Assembly (NCBI GenBank): GCA_043826455.1
Contig: JBDRQD010000030.1
Coordinates: 32,001-96,000, forward strand
Source of the DNA: Candidatus Bathyarchaeota archaeon
GTDB lineage: Archaea; Thermoproteota; Bathyarchaeia; TCS64
Length of the DNA: 64,000 nt
Direction: 5' to 3'
Shown: positions 10,036 to 19,173 of the stretch, one piece after another
Position numbering within the stretch: the first letter of the stretch is position 1
Layout of the letters: each line of letters starts with the position of its first letter
The notes under the pieces: model-generated
Databases searched by the model: none
Told to the model about the DNA's origin: nothing
What the model saw: only the letters and a program-made list of their open reading frames with translations
Program-made: the position numbers and the translations under genes

Positions 10036-10688
10036 TCCTGTTTTGAGACGAGCTTCTTGGCTACCTTGACAGCCTCACTCGCGTCCTTGCCGTACCCGTC
10101 TGCGCCGATGGCTGTCGCCCACTCCTTCGAGACCGGCCCGCCTCCGATCAATATCTTGTACTTGTCCCTGAGGCCAGCGGCCTCCAGGGCCTCGACTAGG
10201 TCCTTCATGAAGGGCATCGTTGTCGTCATGAGAGACGACGCCGCGATGATGTCCGCGTCGACCTCCTTTGCTTTTTCTATGAAGGCCAGGCTCTGTGTGT
10301 TGCAACCCATGTCGTAGACCTTGAACCCGTTCGCCCTGAGCATCGAGGCGACGATGCGAAGGCCGAGATCGTGGATGTCTCCCTCGACGGTCCCTATCAC
10401 AACTGTTCCCCGGCTCGTGGCCTCCAGCTCCTCTTTAGGCATGTGGGCTTCAAGGACCTTGATGGCGGCTTCCATGGCCTCCGCGCCGAGCACCAGGTGA
10501 GGCAGCCACAGCTCCCCAGCCTCAAACTTGTCTCCGATTGTTCGCAGGCCCACTGCCAGACCCTCCTCGATGGCCTTCACAGGGTTTATTTTCGCAGCGA
10601 CAGCGGCCCTCGCAGCGTCAGCCGCGGCTTCGGCGTCAAAACTCTGCACAGCGTCAGATAGCCCTTTTAAAATCTCGTTTTCCTTCAC
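10032..10688 (-). CDS. Methyltransferase cognate corrinoid protein (MtmC/MtbC-like)
   Basis: GTVEGDIHDLG B12-binding motif, SSLMTTT, IGGGP, IGADGY. Confidence 0.92.
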   Translation of the reverse strand: MKENEILKGLSDAVQSFDAEAAADAARAAVAAKINPVKAIEEGLAVGLRTIGDKFEAGELWLPHLVLGAEAMEAAIKVLEAHMPKEELEATSRGTVVIGTVEGDIHDLGLRIVASMLRANGFKVYDMGCNTQSLAFIEKAKEVDADIIAASSLMTTTMPFMKDLVEALEAAGLRDKYKILIGGGPVSKEWATAIGADGYGKDASEAVKVAKKLVSKQE

Positions 10689-10765
10689 TTTGAATACACT
10701 AGATTTAAAATACGTTTGATAAAATATGTAAAGCTACTTACGCGTTCACACGCGGCGGTACCGAT

Positions 10766-12151
10766 GTGGATGACATGATAAGCCTAGTGGAAATCGCTGA
10801 CCGTATGCGTACCGGCCCAAAGATGGCCGCCAAGGACTGGGACATGGCCTTGTTCAGGAGAATGACGGGGCTCGTGAAGGAGTACGACATCAAGTGTCCC
10901 ACAGAGCAATCCAACTGGTTAAACACCGACGACAGCCTGGCCGACGCCGCATGGAAGGCAGCGGTGGATTTCGTCGTCGAAAACGGTTGCCTGTGCCTCG
11001 ACAGGGAGCGTGTCATCAGGTTCACGGAGGAGGAGGTCAGGGAGGCTGTGCGCTCCATGCAGCGGGAGGTTGTGATGGGCGAGGGCAAGGACGCCCGCGT
11101 GTGGAAGCAGCACAAGATAGAGGGGACAGAGCCTCTTAACATCGCGCCCGGGCACCACGCCCCCTTCACGGAGGACCTGGCGAACACGGTTGTCCACAAC
11201 TTCGCCATGATCCCTCGCCTCGACTTCCTAGAGGGATTCAACTTCCCAATGATCGACGGCTACGACATCTACGGGTTACCCCTCGAGGCGTACGCGTCCA
11301 GACGCCAGGTAGCGTGGCTCAGAGAAGGAGTGAGGAAGGCCGGCAGACCAGGCGCAGCCATCGTCTACTACCCCATCTCCACGGCGGCCTCCTCGTTCCT
11401 AGCCACCATCGACACCGTGGCCGGGCTGAGGCCGACGGACGGCGTCCTACTGTCAGTGCTGCCCGACGTGAAGGTGCAGTACGACCTGTTAACGGCGGCC
11501 CTCGTCCTCCAGAGCCACGGATACTTCGGGATCAGCGGCAGCTTCGGCATAGCCGGCGGCTTCGCCGGAGGCCCCGAGGGCGCCATAATCGAGAGCCTGG
11601 TGAAGACCATCGTCGCATGGATCGTATACCGGGACAACCTGTACTACAACGGCGTCGAGCACTTCAGCCACGTCAGCGGAGGCAGACGATGCATGTTTCC
11701 CATAAACTTTGCGCGCTCAGTCGTCTACCAGGCGACGATAAGGAACAGTAACGGCATCCCGATGCAGTGGCCCATCCCCGTCAGCGAGCTCTGCACGGAG
11801 AGCCACCTGGAGGAGCTGGTCCTGAGAAGCATAGAGGCGGCCGTGAACGGCGCCAACCTGTACGTCCCCCGCGTGAGCCGAAGCCGCATGAACGGCGGGC
11901 AGACCCCGGCGGACGCCGAACTCATGATAGAGGCCTCTGACGCGGCCATCCGGACAGGGATAAAGCGGGGCGAAGTGTATGAGATGTTCAAGCCCATCAT
12001 AGAGAAACTCTTGGCCAACTCAACGCCGGAGCCGGGCAAATTGATCACAGAGTGCTACGACCTCCAGCGCCACAAGCCGAGCACAGAGTACCAGGAACTC
12101 ATCACGAGAGTCAAGGACGAGTTCAGCGGCTGCGGGCTACGGTGGGAGTGA
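10766..12151 (+). CDS. mtmB: Divergent MtmB-family methyltransferase, pyrrolysine-free
   Basis: DDSLADAAWKAA, AGRPGAAIV, GGFAGGPEG; no in-frame TAG. Confidence 0.82.
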   Translation: MDDMISLVEIADRMRTGPKMAAKDWDMALFRRMTGLVKEYDIKCPTEQSNWLNTDDSLADAAWKAAVDFVVENGCLCLDRERVIRFTEEEVREAVRSMQREVVMGEGKDARVWKQHKIEGTEPLNIAPGHHAPFTEDLANTVVHNFAMIPRLDFLEGFNFPMIDGYDIYGLPLEAYASRRQVAWLREGVRKAGRPGAAIVYYPISTAASSFLATIDTVAGLRPTDGVLLSVLPDVKVQYDLLTAALVLQSHGYFGISGSFGIAGGFAGGPEGAIIESLVKTIVAWIVYRDNLYYNGVEHFSHVSGGRRCMFPINFARSVVYQATIRNSNGIPMQWPIPVSELCTESHLEELVLRSIEAAVNGANLYVPRVSRSRMNGGQTPADAELMIEASDAAIRTGIKRGEVYEMFKPIIEKLLANSTPEPGKLITECYDLQRHKPSTEYQELITRVKDEFSGCGLRWE

Positions 12152-12225
12152 GCGAAAGCTCTCCACCCCCATACCCATTTCTGTAGATCATGAGGAGAGT
12201 CAATCATTTTAATCCTTAAACGCTG

Positions 12226-14133
12226 TTGAATACATCCATGCATGGCCCTGACAGCGAAGCTTCAGTCAGAATAGTCTTTGAACCCGACGGTAACACGGTT
12301 CGAGTTCAGCCCGGAGTCAGTCTGTCCAAAGCAGCCGTCAGGGCGGGCAACATGATGAGGTTCGAGTGCGGCGGGAACGGTAAGTGCGGGAAATGCAGGA
12401 TGATCGTAAAGGATCAAGGCCCGTTAACGGAGATCACGATCCATGAGAGAAGGCACCTGTCCCCCTCCGAGATAGAGGCAGGGTACCGCCTAGCGTGTCA
12501 GGCACACGTCAACAAGGACGTCGTGGTCTACATACCTCCGGAGAGCCGGGTTGAGCGGAGGAAGCTACAGGTCACAGGCCACGAGACGCCCATCACCATA
12601 GATCCCTACGTGGATAAATTCCACGTCGTTCTACCGAAGCCCACTCTAGACGACTCTAAGCCCGATCTTGAGAGACTCGCCAGCATTCTCCAGGAAGAGC
12701 ACGGCGTGGGGGCACTTGAGATCGAGCAAGCCCTCCTGCAACAGCTGCCAAGGGTCCTCCGTGAGGCCGAATGGGACATAACCGTCGCGGTCTGGGAAGG
12801 CGATAAGATCATCGCCGTCGAGCCTGGGGATACAACCGGAATAATGTATGGGGTAGCCGTCGACGTTGGGACCTCCAAGATGGTTGTACATCTTGTAGAC
12901 CTTTTAACAGGTGAGACTCACGGGGTCGGGTCAGTCGAGAACCCTCAGATAATGCGCGGCGAGGACCTGCTCACCCGCGTCTCGTACACCATGACAGAGG
13001 TGGGCGGCCTTGCCGAATTACAGAGCCAGGCGGTGAGCGGGGTGAACACCGCATTACGAGCCGCCTGCCGAGAGGCAGCCGTCGATCCTAGCCACATCTA
13101 CGAGGCGACGGTTGTCGGTAACACCGTGATGCATCACTTCCTTCTCGCCATCGAGCCCAGGTACCTCTCATTATCACCCTTCACACCGGCCTTGAAGGGG
13201 CCGATCAATGTGAGGGCGAGAGACCTCGGCTTCCAGATGAACCCCCACGGTGTCGTCATCATGATGCCCCTCGTAGCTGGCTTCGTCGGATCAGACGCGG
13301 TGGCGGATGTCTTATCGAGCGGCGTATATGAAGGGAGGGAGGCCTCACTACTCCTCGATATTGGCACCAATACGGAGATTTTTCTGGGCAACGACGAGGG
13401 CTTAATATGCTGCTCCTGCGCCTCAGGCCCCGCCTTCGAGGGGGGCCACATCAGGCACGGCATGAAGGCCGTGACAGGGGCCATCGAGAACGTTTCCCTC
13501 AACCCCTCAACTCATCGGGCTGACTTCAGCACGATCGGAGGCGGCAGGCCAAGAGGCCTCTGCGGCTCAGCCATGATAGACATAGTCGCGGAGTTGAGGA
13601 GGAACGGGGTAATCGACAGCACAGGAAAGTTTGTGTCAGGCCATGACTCCCCGTCGCTAAAAATGGGTGAAGGTAAGCCCGTGTTCGTCCTGGTGAATGA
13701 GGAGGACTCGGCGACGGGGCAGGAGATAGTGGTGACTCAGAGGGATATCAACGAGATCCAGAGAGCAAAGGCAGCCATCTACTCTGGCTGCTCCATACTG
13801 ATGAGAAGAAGAAACCTTAGAGAAGGAGACATCTCACGTATACTGATCTCAGGGGCCTTCGGGAGAAGCCTGAACCCTGAGAACGCGAGGCTTCTCGGCT
13901 TGGTGCCTGATCTGCCCGCGGAGAAGATCAGGTTACTGGGTAACACGGCGGTGACAGGCGCGAAGATGGCACTCCTCTCAAAGAAGGCTAGAGAACAAGC
14001 GAACGTGATATCGGATAAGGTAAAATATCTCGAGCTTTCCAGTGACCCCTTGTTCGGCTCCGAGTTCGCTATGGCCCTCTTCATCCCGCACAGAGACTCG
14101 ACCCGGTTTCAGTCCTTATCCCTGTCCTCCTGA
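12226..14133 (+). CDS. RACo-type reductive activator of corrinoid proteins (N-terminal 2Fe-2S + ASKHA ATPase)
   Basis: CGGNGKCGKC...RLACQ; DVGTS, DIGTNTE, SGPAFEG, GLCGS, SGAFG motifs. Confidence 0.92.
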   Translation: MNTSMHGPDSEASVRIVFEPDGNTVRVQPGVSLSKAAVRAGNMMRFECGGNGKCGKCRMIVKDQGPLTEITIHERRHLSPSEIEAGYRLACQAHVNKDVVVYIPPESRVERRKLQVTGHETPITIDPYVDKFHVVLPKPTLDDSKPDLERLASILQEEHGVGALEIEQALLQQLPRVLREAEWDITVAVWEGDKIIAVEPGDTTGIMYGVAVDVGTSKMVVHLVDLLTGETHGVGSVENPQIMRGEDLLTRVSYTMTEVGGLAELQSQAVSGVNTALRAACREAAVDPSHIYEATVVGNTVMHHFLLAIEPRYLSLSPFTPALKGPINVRARDLGFQMNPHGVVIMMPLVAGFVGSDAVADVLSSGVYEGREASLLLDIGTNTEIFLGNDEGLICCSCASGPAFEGGHIRHGMKAVTGAIENVSLNPSTHRADFSTIGGGRPRGLCGSAMIDIVAELRRNGVIDSTGKFVSGHDSPSLKMGEGKPVFVLVNEEDSATGQEIVVTQRDINEIQRAKAAIYSGCSILMRRRNLREGDISRILISGAFGRSLNPENARLLGLVPDLPAEKIRLLGNTAVTGAKMALLSKKAREQANVISDKVKYLELSSDPLFGSEFAMALFIPHRDSTRFQSLSLSS

Positions 14134-14300
14134 ATCGCTTCAGTCGACGGCATCGCTGATAGATGGTTCACTCACGCGTTTCACTATTGTAGCCTGCAGA
14201 AAGGAACCCACACCGTGACGGTGCAGTGGAGAAACCAGGGGCCAGTACAGGGTCGCCTGTACGATAGGGTACTGGAAGTCTTCGCCATACTCACCCATGG

Positions 14301-15377
14301 TCAATTGATGATGTTTTCGTTTCTCAGTATGTCGATGAATCTCTCAGCTATGGTGCTCCACTCGAACTTCTCTATCATCAGCTTCCTGCCCGCGGCGCCC
14401 ATCCTCAGTCTCTGCTCAGGGGCTTCCATGAGCTGCTCCACCCTCAGGACGAACTCGTCGAGGTCGTTGGTGGTGTAGCCGCTGACGCCGTCCTCAACCA
14501 CCTCAGGTATGCCGCCGACCCGTGACGCGACCACGGGTTTACCTGAGGCCGCTGCTTCCTGGAGAACCATCCCCAGGGTGTCGAGGGATGAGGGGTGGAT
14601 CACAAGGTCGCAGCTGGAGTAGTGTTTCTCTATGTCGTTTACGTAGCCTTTGAAGAAAACCTGATCTGAGAGCCCCAACTGGTCGACGTGGCGCTGAACC
14701 CTCGCCCTGTGGGGGCCGTCCCCCAGGAAGGTGATGGTGTAGTGGAGGCCGCTCTCCTTATACCTTCGCAGAAACGCGTAAAGGAGGCTGATCTTCTTGG
14801 GGACGGCGAAGTTCATGACGCACAGGATCTGGGACCTGTAGCCCTCAACCGGGGGCCTTATGTTGAATCTCTCCGTGTCCACTCCGCATGGCAGCGCGTA
14901 AACTGGTTTCTCTAGGCCGTTTCTCTCCGCGCTTCTCTTCAGATACTCGGAGACGGCGACAACGAAGTCCACGTCGTCCATGGAGACAGCGTTCTGGAGC
15001 AGCTTCACCCTGTAACCCAGCTTCTGTTTAAGGGATAGATCGTTATCCCTTGACTCCTCCCAGTAGTCGCCCTTAAGCCTCAGAATCACGGCTTTGGTTC
15101 GCCCCATCCTCTTGGCCATGCTGGCCCCCATGATCCCGTGGTAGGGGTTGTGAGTTACCAACAGGTCGCAGTCCACGGCATCGATATAGCTTCTGGTGGG
15201 CAGCGACAGGGAGTTCCGGATGCTCTTCAACGGTATGGTGCTGCAAGTGAACCCCGCCGCTGACAGCTGAGCCCCGAGGGCCTCGAACTCTCCCCTCCAC
15301 TCTATGAACTGGATGGAAGGCAGAGCAGAGCCGCTTCCATGATGAACTGTGCTTAAGGAGGCCGTTCGTTGATCCAC
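14301..15377 (-). CDS. Glycosyltransferase family 4
   Basis: GVDTERF, DTLGMVLQEAAASGKPVVASRVGGIPEVV. Confidence 0.88.
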   Translation of the reverse strand: MDQRTASLSTVHHGSGSALPSIQFIEWRGEFEALGAQLSAAGFTCSTIPLKSIRNSLSLPTRSYIDAVDCDLLVTHNPYHGIMGASMAKRMGRTKAVILRLKGDYWEESRDNDLSLKQKLGYRVKLLQNAVSMDDVDFVVAVSEYLKRSAERNGLEKPVYALPCGVDTERFNIRPPVEGYRSQILCVMNFAVPKKISLLYAFLRRYKESGLHYTITFLGDGPHRARVQRHVDQLGLSDQVFFKGYVNDIEKHYSSCDLVIHPSSLDTLGMVLQEAAASGKPVVASRVGGIPEVVEDGVSGYTTNDLDEFVLRVEQLMEAPEQRLRMGAAGRKLMIEKFEWSTIAERFIDILRNENIIN

Positions 15378-15489
15378 GGCTCAAAGAGCGGATGTATTGA
15401 TAAAATTCTATGTGAGTAAACTGTGACTACACGCTAGCAAGAGCTTTTGTTGGAAACGGACTTTTATATCCTCACGGGGTTAAGAGTTA

Positions 15490-15969
15490 GTGATGACAGA
15501 AAGATACGTTCTGAGGACCGGCGGCACCGGAAGGGTGGTCGTCGCCAGACTCAAGCCGAGGTCTGACCTTCTCCGCTCACTCCAGCGGATTGTCGAGGAG
15601 AAGGGGGTCAAGGCCGCCGTCATCCTCTCCGGGGTTGGTCTCCTGTCGAATGCGTCGCTGCGGAACTGTAAGACGCTGCCGGACGAGTACCCCATCACAG
15701 ACCGTAACAGAAGCTTCATGTCCTTCGATAAGCCCCTGGAGATCATAGGCTTGTCAGGGGACGTCAGCATGGTAGAGGGGAAGCCTCTTGTTCACGCCCA
15801 TGTTATCCTTTCATACGTTGAGGACGAATCCATTAGGGTGGTGGGTGGCCACTTGGTTGAGGGTTGTAGGGTGTTCGGGTTCGCCGAGGTTTTCCTCCTG
15901 GAGCTCACAGGGATAGAGATGGTGAAGAACCTCGACGAGGAGACCCGGACACATCAGCTCTTCACATGA
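15490..15969 (+). CDS. PPC/DUF296 domain protein
   Basis: EIIGLSGDV, HAHV, GGHL motifs. Confidence 0.85.
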   Translation: MMTERYVLRTGGTGRVVVARLKPRSDLLRSLQRIVEEKGVKAAVILSGVGLLSNASLRNCKTLPDEYPITDRNRSFMSFDKPLEIIGLSGDVSMVEGKPLVHAHVILSYVEDESIRVVGGHLVEGCRVFGFAEVFLLELTGIEMVKNLDEETRTHQLFT

Positions 15970-16004
15970 CTGCTGGTGTGCTTCCTGTTCCTCTGCCATG
16001 CGCA

Positions 16005-16250
16005 TGGTTGGGTGCTTGTGCGCTCAGGGTCGGGTAACTTGTTTTATGGTGGAATAAACCGTTATAAAATGATACCCCCTACGTTTTTTACACTCTGCTG
16101 CCATTGCTCTGTGCCTGATGTGCTGAATGAACCGTGATTTTGTGTGGAATGGGCGGCGTATTTGCATAGAATGGGATTGTAAAGGCGCGTTTCCTGGTTT
16201 CCTTTTTGCTTGGGGCGGCTGTTTCCGGTTCCTTCGCTCTACCCCCTCTC
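16005..16250 (-). repeat. Dispersed non-coding element, copy R1 (inverted relative to R2/R3)
   Basis: Reverse complement aligns by eye with 26344-26576 over more than 200 bp. Confidence 0.85.
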
Positions 16251-16370
16251 TGCTAATATCGCGGTTGGGGCTAGCCAGATTTCTGCGACAACTGTAAAGT
16301 CTCAACGGACACGCCTTAAAACCATGAGTTATGTGTACCATAAACCTTTTCTTTTACCAATAAACTTGGA

Positions 16371-16604
16371 ATGGGGGTAAATATGTCAATAGTTACCATT
16401 GATGCTCAGCGTCGCATATACCTCCCCAGGGAGCTGGGCTTCAAAGCAAAGAAGGCAATCATAGTACCTAGAGGAGAAACCTACGTAATAATACCTGTCC
16501 CCGACGAAATCACCCCCATAGAGGCAGACGCAACAATAGAGGAGCTCAAGCACAGGGCCGAGGCGAAGGCGAGGAAGGAGGCCGAGGATGCTAATAGAGT
16601 CTGA
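16371..16604 (+). CDS. AbrB-like antitoxin (VapB)
   Basis: TIDAQRRIYLPRE; overlaps downstream PIN gene. Confidence 0.8.
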   Translation: MGVNMSIVTIDAQRRIYLPRELGFKAKKAIIVPRGETYVIIPVPDEITPIEADATIEELKHRAEAKARKEAEDANRV

Positions 16605-17022
16605 TCTGTTTATCGCTTACATGAAGAAGGGCGACTGGCTCAAACCAGTGGCGGAGGAGATATTTGACGCCATATCATCGAAGCGGCTCAAAGATGTCCA
16701 GGCCTCATCGGAGGTCCTCCACGAGCTATACTACGTCTTTGTCGAGCACGCCCCCGTCTCCATCATACTAGGTAACGCAGCCAGGATGGCTACCATGGAG
16801 AACATTAGGTATGTAGACGCGACCCGGGAGATCTACCTATCCGCCCTCGAACTCGTGTCCACATACCAGCTGGCCTCCATATTCGACGCCATCTACGCGG
16901 CCACAGCCCTCACAGACACGGTTCCAGATCACACCATGCTGTCCACTGACTCAGCCTACGATAGGGTGCCCGGCTTAGCGAGGGTCGACCCAAGGAACCT
17001 AAAGATACCCTCAATGGCGTAG
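16588..17022 (+). CDS. vapC: PIN-domain toxin (VapC-like)
   Basis: MLIESDLF, E-LYY, SIFDAIYAA, STDSAYD. Confidence 0.85.
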   Translation: MLIESDLFIAYMKKGDWLKPVAEEIFDAISSKRLKDVQASSEVLHELYYVFVEHAPVSIILGNAARMATMENIRYVDATREIYLSALELVSTYQLASIFDAIYAATALTDTVPDHTMLSTDSAYDRVPGLARVDPRNLKIPSMA

Positions 17023-17106
17023 ATGTGCAGTTTTTCAAGTAACTGGTGAGATTCAGCAGCTTGTATGCATAGAAAGCATTTGAGTTACCTGAGTTGAAAC
17101 GGTTAA

Positions 17107-17334
17107 ATGGGTGCGGTTTTGAGGTTCAGCGTCATCGTCGAGCGGGACCAAGACGGTGTTTATGTCGGCTCCGTCCCTGAGCTTCCAGGCTGCCATACCC
17201 AAGCAAGGACCGTTGGCGAGCGCATGGAGCGCATACGTGAGGCTGTGGAGCTGTACCTGGAGGTCGAAGAAGTAGAGGGAGGGCGAGAGTTCATAGGCGT
17301 CCAGTTTCTAAAAGTCCCCTCACGTGAGCCTTAA
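17107..17334 (+). CDS. hicB: HicB-family antitoxin
   Basis: VPELPGCHTQART...IREAVELYLE. Confidence 0.88.
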   Translation: MGAVLRFSVIVERDQDGVYVGSVPELPGCHTQARTVGERMERIREAVELYLEVEEVEGGREFIGVQFLKVPSREP

Positions 17335-17385
17335 ACCAGTCAAGGCCACATAGTTCATTGCATTTGTTAAATGCGGGGCTTCTGT
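17324..17385 (+). pseudogene. Decayed hicA remnant
   Basis: GTG-start MSLKPVKAT*FIAFVKCG overlapping the hicB end; resembles a HicA N-terminus with stop at 17351. Confidence 0.5.
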
Positions 17386-17517
17386 AGTGAACTTTCTATT
17401 TTATTGCTGTGCCTTTGGTTGTGACTATTGCCGGAATGATAGGGCGCACAATGTTGCATCGACACTTTTCTTATGTTCTTTCAGTCTTTCGTGACGGACT
17501 TGAACTTGAGATAGCCT

Positions 17518-17913
17518 TCACTGTGTTGGGTTTAATTGGCCCTCTCCAAGTCTTTCTCTGATGAATGTGAGGATGATCCTCGCCGCCTGCATCGGGTCAT
17601 CCGGCAAATAGCTTTCATGTACACTGTTATCTGATCCTTCATGGTAGTGTTTTGGGAAGGTTTTCACGTGGCTCCACTTAGGGTGTGGGGCATTATCATG
17701 CCTGTGTATCTGTCCTGTGATGTGTCTGTGTTCCCAGTGGTAGGAATACTTGCCTGACCCGGATAACCATATGTCCAAGTAGCTTCCATCGACGATGTAG
17801 ACCCTGAGCTTTGCAGGCGTACCAGAGGACGTATGATGGATGTGGGTGTCTTCCACAATGTCAGGGTACTCGTTCATGCCGAGGTTGGATATCTCCCTGT
17901 AGAGGTTTTCCAA
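17518..17913 (-). CDS. DUF6516-like putative toxin
   Basis: YSYHW...RHDNAPHPKW..VKTFPKHYH His-rich motif. Confidence 0.7.
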   Translation of the reverse strand: MENLYREISNLGMNEYPDIVEDTHIHHTSSGTPAKLRVYIVDGSYLDIWLSGSGKYSYHWEHRHITGQIHRHDNAPHPKWSHVKTFPKHYHEGSDNSVHESYLPDDPMQAARIILTFIRERLGEGQLNPTQ

Positions 17914-17925
17914 TCCCTGTTCCGC

Positions 17926-18219
17926 CTACTTGGGCATGGAGTCTAGTTCCCGCCGGATCTTCTCGGCCTGCTCGACGAGGTTCTCGTACTGGATGAGATC
18001 TTCCCACGTGGGGTGCTCCTCCACTGAGCCCTTCTTGATCTTCTCCTCCAGCTCACATGGGCTCCTGACCCTGTACCTGTTCTCCACGTCTTTGAGTTCG
18101 GCCTGGATCATCCTAAGCCTGGCTCTCAGGTACATCTTGACGCCCCCGGCGACGAGTTCCTCTGGGGGTACCCCCAGGGACTTGGAGACTCTATCTACAA
18201 GTTCGCTGGTCTCGGTCAT
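17926..18219 (-). CDS. Putative antitoxin partner of the DUF6516-like gene
   Basis: Small helical protein 12 bp upstream, same strand; EEHPTWEDLIQYENL. Confidence 0.65.
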   Translation of the reverse strand: MTETSELVDRVSKSLGVPPEELVAGGVKMYLRARLRMIQAELKDVENRYRVRSPCELEEKIKKGSVEEHPTWEDLIQYENLVEQAEKIRRELDSMPK

Positions 18220-18309
18220 CTACGTCGGTGATCTTTTCTCGGCGTGGCTTAATAACTTCACCGGAGGGCTCGTCGGCGTTGTTGTTGCGCCCGCGAGCGC
18301 GATGTTGTT

Positions 18310-18705
18310 CTAGATGTTGATGTTATCTCTTGCCTCAAGATCTTTCCTGATAATGTCCCTAAGGTAGTCTGATGCCTGGAAATAGAGTCCAGAGTCTAGC
18401 ACCTGGTCTAAGACCTCTTTCAGGGGGATAGGTATTCGGGTGGAGACGACGACTGTGTCGAGAAGTAGTTTCTGTTCACTGGGCTCCTTCTTCTCATCTT
18501 TTTTAACGCTTACCTTTATCATCCTCAGCTGGATGCCTTTTTCTTCGAGGTCCTTTCGTATAAGGTAGTTCACGTACTCGGAGAGGTTGAGGTAGGCGCC
18601 GGTTTCGAGGATCCGGAGTAAAGCATCGTAGATGGGGGCCGTCACCCTCACGTTGAACGAGTATGAGCTTTTCGTTAGGCTCCATATATTTTCATCATCT
18701 TTCAA
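18310..18705 (-). CDS. Tandem ribbon-helix-helix protein
   Basis: Two internal repeats: ILETGAYLNLSEYVNYLIRKDLE / VLDSGLYFQASDYLRDIIRKDLE. Confidence 0.75.
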   Translation of the reverse strand: MKDDENIWSLTKSSYSFNVRVTAPIYDALLRILETGAYLNLSEYVNYLIRKDLEEKGIQLRMIKVSVKKDEKKEPSEQKLLLDTVVVSTRIPIPLKEVLDQVLDSGLYFQASDYLRDIIRKDLEARDNINI

Positions 18706-19070
18706 GTATGATTATAGTGTCTTAAACAGTATTTAATGTTGATTCGGGCTCTATTTTTCTGTTAACCTCGTGCACGTATTAGAGTTGGGCTTCTGAGAAT
18801 GAGGGCGGTGTGTTCTGAGGCTTGGTATTTATGAATTTTCTGAACAAACTGAAGCAATTGATATGTATGGATTAATTTTTTGTAGAATCCTGGATGTTTT
18901 TAACATGAATATCTAAAGTGATTTTGGTTTGAAGTGTGCTTATTCTCTATTTAGCTTATGTTCAGCATTTGTTAGGTATATATAGTGGTGGTTAGTTTCG
19001 TTAACATACACTGCGTTTCCTTATTTTCGCCTCATTATTGTATACATTGAAAGTTTTTTGTGTACATACG

Positions 19071-19165
19071 TTTAAGTACTGCACTCTGTTTGTGTGTCTT
19101 GATCGTTGAGCAGGGTAGATTTAGCTATAATTTATCTCCCCTGTTCGCGACGATTAAAAGGTGAA
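19071..19165 (+). promoter_or_regulatory. TATA box, structured 5' leader and SD of the surface-protein gene
   Basis: TTTAAGTA at 19071; 19102-19120 can pair with 19134-19154; AGGTGA at 19159 before ATG 19174. Confidence 0.55.
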
Positions 19166-19173
19166 AAAGAAAA

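Noticed and set aside
13359..13372. TATTGGCACCAATA, a one-mismatch copy of the palindrome
   Set aside because: It lies inside the RACo gene and encodes the conserved DIGTNT motif, so it is a coding coincidence.
14150..14300. Possible surface-protein remnant (GTHTVTVQWR) after the RACo gene
   Set aside because: Too short and without a start; cannot be supported without a search.
16355..16366. Half-site TACCAATAAACT matching the flank of palindrome copies 1 and 4
   Set aside because: Only a half-site in an AT-rich promoter region; may be chance.
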